Assembly: GCA_951406725.2 (NCBI GenBank)
Contig: OX597825.1
Span: 56,172,001 to 56,236,000, forward strand
DNA: 64,000 nucleotides
Direction: 5' to 3'
From: Octopus vulgaris
Taxonomy: Eukaryota
Shown here: piece after piece, positions 57,270 to 64,000 of the stretch
How the letters are laid out: every line of letters begins with the position of its first letter
How positions within the stretch are numbered: position 1 is the stretch's first letter
Program-made: the position numbers and the translations under genes
Notes under the pieces: model-generated
Seen by the model: only the letters and a program-made list of their open reading frames with translations
The model's database searches: none
What the model was told of the DNA's origin: nothing

Positions 57270-57368
57270 GCATACATACATATACATACATACATACATA
57301 CATACATACATACATACATACATACATACATACATACATACATACATACATACATACATACATACATT

Positions 57369-57616
57369 GTGGAAGGCTGGATGAACTGCTTGTGGGCCAA
57401 CGGCAATCCAATTGGAAAAGGCAATGGCAACCTGCCCTCATTATCTCTATCGAGTAAATACTACGACGTTCCGCTATGGCTTCATCCGATGGGAGAACTC
57501 TCATTTAATCGGGAAGACTTTCGCTGTGTCGTCAACGCGATGTAACGATGTGTGACGACGAAGACGATCGTTGTCTAGCATACTAACTAGTGAATTAGGC
57601 ACTTGAATCTTGAACT

Positions 57617-57678
<62 letters not shown>

Positions 57679-57855
57679 AGTTCAACGAAAGTCTTCCCGA
57701 TTAAATGAGAGTTCTCCCATCGGATGAAGCCATAGCGGAACGTCGTTCTGGTTTATCTCATAGTATTTACCCGATAGAGATAATGAGGACAGGTTGCCAT
57801 TGCCTTTGCCAATTGGATTGCCGTTTGCCCAAAAGCAGTTCATCCGGCCTTCCAC
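57369..57855. repeat. Inverted repeat with arms of about 160 bp around a central (TA)n
   Basis: GTGGAAGGCTGGATGAACTGCTT...CGACGTTCCGCTATGGCTTCATCCGATGGGAGAACTCTCATTTAATCGGGAAGACTTTCG is mirrored at 57690-57855. The core is TTGAACTCTTA(TA)nTAAGAGTTCAA. Confidence 0.95.
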
Positions 57856-58734
57856 GGGTTTTGCTTTTACTATTGTTGGATGTCCAGGTACCCTCCTTAC
57901 AAGAGTAGAAAGCTACTCAAGTGAGTTGGAGGCTTAGTCACCAATCACTTGATCCTGAATTAGGTACTACTGGCTTATATTGTACCATTTGAGGATCTCG
58001 CCGATCTGAGATGAGATCAGTGACCCACAATACACAGCGGCAATCTGCCGGCTTTTTATATTCTCTGTTCAAATACTGCCGAGATCGATTTTATCTTTCG
58101 TTTGTCCGGAGTAAAAAAAATTAACACCACTTGAACACTGGAGTCGATGAAAATGGCTTCTGCTCATCTTCTCAAAATTGTTGGTCTTACGCGAAAATTA
58201 GAAAAACTTATTTTAATTGATGATGCTGTTGTTGGTTTTATTACTCTTTTGTAGTTACAGTTGTCGATGTGGTCGTCGTTTTCTTCTTCTTCTTCTTCTT
58301 CTTCTTCTTCTTCTTCTTCTTCTTCTTCTTCTTCTTCTTCTTCTTCTTCTTCTTCTTCTTCTCCTCCTCCTCCTCCTCCTCTTCTTCTTCTTCTTCTTCT
58401 TCTTCTTCTTCTTCTTCTTCTTCTTCTTCTTCTTCTTCTTCTTCTTCTTCCAATCAGGACTCACGCCATTAGCCACAAAGAATAATCTTTAATTCGAGCC
58501 TACTCTAAGCTACTAAAAATGCGTGTGGCAACTTGAAGATTCACCCATCACACGCGATAGACTGGCTGTTGCACGGGCGTGAAAGCTACATTGTTATCCT
58601 CATTCCGTAAACGGTAACTTTTAACAGGTGGAGAACTGAACCATCCCGAGGTACAGAAGATTCGCAATCTAGACTAGGGTCTGAAAGTTTACCACACCAT
58701 AGAGGGTTACAGCATGGTTGCTCTGCTTTGTAGC

Positions 58735-58897
58735 AGAAGTAGGAAGAAAGAGTGAGAGAAAGTTGTGGTGAAAGAGTACAGCCGGGTTCACCACCACCCT
58801 ACGCCCAATAAACACTCACAATGCCCGGTCTGGGAATCGAAACCGCGTTCTTACGAACGCGAGTCCGCTGCTCTAACTACTGGGCCATTGCGCTTCC
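58735..58897 (-). mobile_element. tRNA-derived SINE (distinct family)
   Basis: Reverse complement reads GGAAGCGCAATGGCCCAGTAGTTAGAGCAGCGGACTCGCG...GGTTTCGATTCCCAGACCGGGC (A and B boxes), followed by a non-tRNA body. Confidence 0.75.
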
Positions 58898-59099
58898 ATG
58901 GTTGTTGTTGCTGTCACCACTGCGGCTGTCACTAATGCCTACCTATATATTTTGCAGAACCAATGTTTTCTTCTTACATTCCATCTTTAAAAACAAACAA
59001 AATAAAGCACTACAACAGTAACAACAACAACAACAACAGCCACCACTACAACTACTTCTAGATCTACTACTTCCATAATTACTACTACTACTACTACTA

Positions 59100-59133
<34 letters not shown>

Positions 59134-59224
59134 AACTACTACTACTACTACTAATACTACTACTACTACCACTACTACTACTACTACTATTACCACCACC
59201 ACCACCACCACCACCATCAATCAA

Positions 59225-59280
<56 letters not shown>

Positions 59281-59982
59281 GAAAATGGTTAATTGCTGGC
59301 AATCAATCCGATGTAATTTCTTTTCTCTGTATTCCTTTTAAACGGCAACAGTTCCCCTGGAAATGTCTGCAGGTTTTGCAATAAATTCCACGATCATTCG
59401 TCACAGACAAACCGGAACCATTAACCTAATTCCATTAAGCACCGCAATACACATTCTTTCTTTCTTACACATATTGATCTTTCGGATTTTTTTCTCTTGC
59501 TATTTAAAATTTCGATTTCAAATTAACGTTTCTATTTTAATAAACAATTTCTTTAAGAAACATCAACAACAACAACAACAACACAGAAAGGCCTAGTTGT
59601 TTCTATTATTTTGTTGTTTATTTTTTAAAATTTTATTTGTTATTATTTTTTGTTTTTTGTTTTTGTTTTTGGTTTTAGAATGGGGGAGTACAGCAATCAA
59701 CTTTGATAAATCAGCTCAATAAATAAATAGATAGATGAATAAATGATGACTGCTATGCCTACTGTTGCTGCTGCTGCTACTGCTGCTGCTGCTACTGCTG
59801 CTGCTGCTACTGCTGCTGCTGCTGCTGCTTCTGTTGATGATGATGATCATGATGATTATGATGGTGACAACGATGACGACGACGACGACGATGGTTATCA
59901 TGATGACCGCGGCAACGATGGCAACATTGAAAACTTATCGTTGTGGTGATAATGTCGCTGATCATGATATGATGATTATCAG

Positions 59983-60025
<43 letters not shown>

Positions 60026-61624
60026 GTTATCATCATCATTATCACCATCATTACCATTCTCTGTATGTCAAGAAAGCTACCATTACGATGATGATAGCGA
60101 TAATTATGATGTTAATGACGATAATATTGTTGACGCTAATGATAACGAGAGCGTACATTCGGAGGAACATGGTGAGAAAGAGGAGGAGGAGAAGGAGGGG
60201 GAGGAGGAATAGGAGGAGGAAAAAGAAAAGGTAAGGAAGGAGGAAGACGACGACGATGATTGCATTTATAATTGATAGTGGTAGTGATACTGATTATGAT
60301 GATGATGAAGATGACGGTGACGACGACGACGACGAAGTGGACAATCTAAAAGATGCAACGTCACTTTATGATTTACAACAATGTTCCTCCTGTCTCTATC
60401 TGACCACGTCATGAGTAAAGGAACCATAAATTCCATCGAAAGACCTAAAATCTAGTTGACCAGATTGTGTCGAGAGCAAACCCTACGTTCAAATATAGAG
60501 AAGCACATTGTATAATGTACTACGGATAGACTATGCCCAAATAAAAATAAACAGGATGGCCACGACGTGAACATCTCTGATCATAAGTGTGGTCGATCGA
60601 AAATCTTCTAAGAAAAGGGCGATTCCTCAGAGTTTAGTTCTAAATAGGCAACGACCAGCAAAAACATACATACACACATATACATCTATATATGTGTGTT
60701 TGTGTGCGTGTGTGTGTGTGTGTAAAGTACATTGTATATTGTAGTTTTATATCTCATGCGATAATATCGGAATGTGTTTTACGGACTTCATTTTAAAGAA
60801 TATATTTTATCGACAATCCGTGTAAGGTAGTGTAACCAAAAATTAAATTTTAATAAATTGTTTGATGTCATTCATTATTTAAGAAGAATACAATTGTAGA
60901 AAAGTATTTGAAATTAGTGGATATATTAATGTGAATGATGGACTTGATGTGGTCCATTCTTTTTAAATTTGACTATATATCAGTAAGCAGCACGTATTGG
61001 TTTCTCTTTTTCGTCAGGACGTCTCTAACAGCGGTAAATTCGATGCTAAGAGAACACGACTGAGGATATTTTCCACGAGGGCCCATAATTCAGGATAAAG
61101 ATTTGTAATTTGATACTGTAACTAGAAATGAAACTACCCATTCATAAATCAAATTTTTCACTGGCTTTTAATTCAATCGGTTCTTTTTGTAATTGTGTTC
61201 CTATTCGGTACGAATGGGAAATTAGATCCAAGATATGAACTGGATCCTTCACGTGGAAAATACCTTCAAATCATTCGGTGAAATATTTTTATAAAGCCCC
61301 CAAATAATTGTAGTGAACGTAAACATCATCATCATGTATTTCTGAGAGGTGGCTATTCAAGAATACGACCAGACTCAGAAAGTGGTAATATTCTCTATGT
61401 CTAGAATTACGCTGCAATGGATAAAACTTAACTCCGATTGTAAGCCTCGTTGTTGAAGGTTCTTTCAATGTCCGGTTAGAGGCTAGGTCTGGATAACTGG
61501 TTTTATTTTCTCTAATCATTATATACGATAAATTTTATATGGATGTTACCTGATCTGTTTTAGTTCGTTGTTAGAGCCGGTTCATTAGAAATTTAGTGAT
61601 ATGCATGATTTTTTACTCTAGACA

Positions 61625-61985
61625 TTAACTATGTCATTCAAATATAAAGTGTGTCAATGACATATAAGGTGCAATATTGATATATAACACGTATATAAGG
61701 TATGTCACTGACATGTAAGTTGTGTCAATCACATACAAAATGTGTCATGGCATAGAAAGTATGACTCTACCATATAAGCTGTGTCGTTGATATGAGGTAT
61801 GTGACAGATCCATAAAGGCTGCAAGTGGAATATAAGGTCTACCATTGACATGTAAATGTATCATTGACATATAAAGTATGCCGTTGACATACAAGATGTC
61901 TCAGTGATATAGTAAATGCGTCATTGACATTTTAAAGTGTGTGTTTGACATAAGCGGTGCATAATTGGTATGAAACGTGTGCCAC
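61625..61985. repeat. Degenerate minisatellite with a unit of about 20 bp (GTGTCATTGACATATAAGGT)
   Basis: More than a dozen diverged units of TGTCA(T/A)TGACAT(A/G)TAA at a period of about 20 bp. Confidence 0.85.
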
Positions 61986-61989
61986 TTTT

Positions 61990-63200
61990 AAACTTGTCTA
62001 TTTTGTCTCACAGAAAAGCATCTTCCTTTGAAATGACTCTCTGGAAACACCTTGAGTATCGTTATAAAAGTGTTTCAGTTGCCCCTCAGTATCCAGCGCA
62101 GAATAGAATAGAAGACGATTAAATTTTCCATTGTTTTCTTCGTGCAACGCCCCGAAAAATTTCCCCTCGAGGTAGTTGCTTGTGATTTTGTTAATTACTG
62201 TAATGAAATTATGTAATGAGCAATGCATGTGATCACTAAGGGTTTTTTTTTGTAACTAGATATTAGCCCATAAATCATCCAACGCAATGTCAATACATCG
62301 GCAAAGATTTTTTTTATGTCCAATGAATTCACGGTAGCAACACATAATCAACAGAACTCCATCACTGCCAGCTGTTATTCCCTTTGTAAAACGAAACCCC
62401 TTTCATTTTGAAAAAAATAATAGCCCTTCAACAAGAAGAAATATCGACTCCTCTACAGAATCTATTACCAAATATCTGGCCAATAATAACTCTTGGGTTA
62501 TTTTCTATTCTTCTTAGCCTAATAGCAGAGCTTCATTCACTGGCATGGTTGATAAATCGAGCCGTAACAAAAATTCGGCAGTTTACAAAAAAATTATGTC
62601 TTCTATATCGTTTACTCATTTCGTCAATTCATCTCTGTATTATGTTATTGCTTGGAGGAATGTTATTGGTTATAATAGTCGATGGTTTGTGCATCACAGT
62701 ACGTAGAACCTCACTAATATCAAGCAGGATCGATTCTTTGCCAATAATTTTAAGCTTTAAGGATTTGATAACCAGTTAAATTTTTAAAGGGCCTATAACC
62801 CATCGTATTCTTGCATTTTTTGAGACGATAATTGACAACGTCGACTGATAGCAAAATTGGTCTCAAAATGTCTCAAAATAAGATAAGGTTTTGTCTTGCC
62901 AGTATTGATATTTTTCTGCTATTCTTGTAATCATCAATTTTTGGTAGATTCACTGGGAAAACAATCACGTACATGCACAATAGCGAGAATCAAAATAATG
63001 ATCTCCCTATTCATTCTTAGTTCGTTCCGAGAGAGTCCAACATGAATATATTAATCGTTGAATATATTAATCGCAGAAACACCATCAGATCGAAATACCA
63101 CGGTGCATCAATGTCTCCTACGTCAAAATATCGAGTGTGTTGTGAACACATATTGTCTAAAGGGAAAGGGCGTTCTCTGAAAACGAAACATAACGGAGAT
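61990..63200 (-). mobile_element. hAT (Buster/Charlie, ZBED8/SCAND3-like) transposase fossil
   Basis: Minus strand about 62600-62760 reads IIGKESILLDISEVLRTVMHKPSTIITNNIPPSNNIIQR*IDEMS (consensus HTIGEELILPA...IPLSNNTVQRRIDEM). About 62100-62230 reads HCSLH...FGALHEENNGKFNRLLFYS (CxxH motif and the LLLHTEVRW region). The boundaries are approximate. Confidence 0.8.
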
Positions 63201-63359
63201 TAATATATTCATCTTCGGATTTACTGTAACGTGTTAAGAATAAATAGATACACCACTAAAAGAAATATCCGGCACATTAGTAGCAGCTTATATATAGGTG
63301 ATGGAATAGAGTCATATCATAAATACTCGACACTATTCTCTTGACGTTTCTTCTTTGGT

Positions 63360-63840
63360 TCTTTACGTTTTAATTGTTACTTGTTTCAGTCTCTGGACAT
63401 GGCGGACACCGCCTTAAAGGGTTTAGTCGAACAAATCAACCTCAGTATTCATCTTTAAGCCTGGTGCTTATACAACCAGCCAATTTTGCCGGCTCACTAC
63501 ACTACGGATACCTAAACAGCCAAAACCTGCTGTCATGCTGTGGTGGAGCTTTTAACACAAACAGGAAGACACGCACACAAGCGCTCATATACACATGCAT
63601 GCATACATGCATGCATATACGGCACACATGCACATATACATACATATACATACACACACATAATACATACATACATACATACATATACGACGGGCTTCTT
63701 TTAGTTTCTATCTTCTAAATTCACTCACGAAGCTTTGGTCGGCCCAGGCTATAGTGGAAAACACTTGCACAATATGCCGAGCCGAGGGAATGAACACAAA
63801 ATGACATGTTTGAGAAGTAAGCTTCTTACCATTCAGCTAT
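63360..63840 (-). mobile_element. SINE family B, near full length, with an internal CA/TA tract
   Basis: TTGTTTCAGTC...CACCGCCTTAAAGGGTTTAGTCGAAC...CGACGGGCTTCTTTTAGTTTC...GCTTTGGTCGGCCCAGGCTATAGTGGAAAACACTTGC, ending in a tRNA-like head. Confidence 0.8.
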
Positions 63841-64000
63841 GTAAGTATATTATTAAATTTCTGGTATGGCTATATAGGCACCAGCGTGGTTGTGGGGTAA
63901 GAAGTTTACTTTCCAAACGCATGATCTCGGGTTCAGTCCCACGCAGTGGAACTAAATATATATGAAACAAAGAAAAGAAAAGAAAAGAAAGAAAAGACGG

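Noticed and set aside
61625-61985. CRISPR-like appearance of the short repeat arrays (also 7600-7870 and 50270-50745)
   Set aside because: The units are contiguous and degenerate, there are no unique spacers or cas genes, and the context is eukaryotic.
62408-62779. 123-aa plus-strand ORF
   Set aside because: It is the antisense shadow of the hAT transposase fossil.

Overview
AT-rich eukaryotic DNA, very dense in microsatellites ((TA)n, (TAA)n, (TATG)n, (GA)n, (CA)n, (CTT)n). The repeat spectrum suggests a coleoid cephalopod such as Octopus (inference from recognition, no search run). Almost every ORF in the track is a translation of a microsatellite, and no intact host gene is recognisable. 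The window holds decayed mobile elements: two full-length mariners with TIRs and TA target sites, mariner and Tc1/maT fragments, a Buster/Charlie-type hAT fossil, two Penelope-like (PLE) retroelement fossils, an R4/Dong-type LINE 3' end inside (TAA)n, and many tRNA-derived SINEs. The most notable signal is a set of minimal type I hammerhead ribozyme (HHR) folds. One has an intact core (19832-19922); variants lie at 20285, 42587/42637, 14352/14903, 48776 and 21754. Most sit in small non-coding units flanked by (TA)n, several of them palindromic. One degenerate copy lies just 3' of the PLE GIY-YIG fossil, which suggests several families of non-autonomous PLE-derived or retrozyme-like elements. 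A repeat-poor island at 50.75-52.3 kb has a candidate 34-nt exon followed by possible alternative terminal exons of an unidentified gene.
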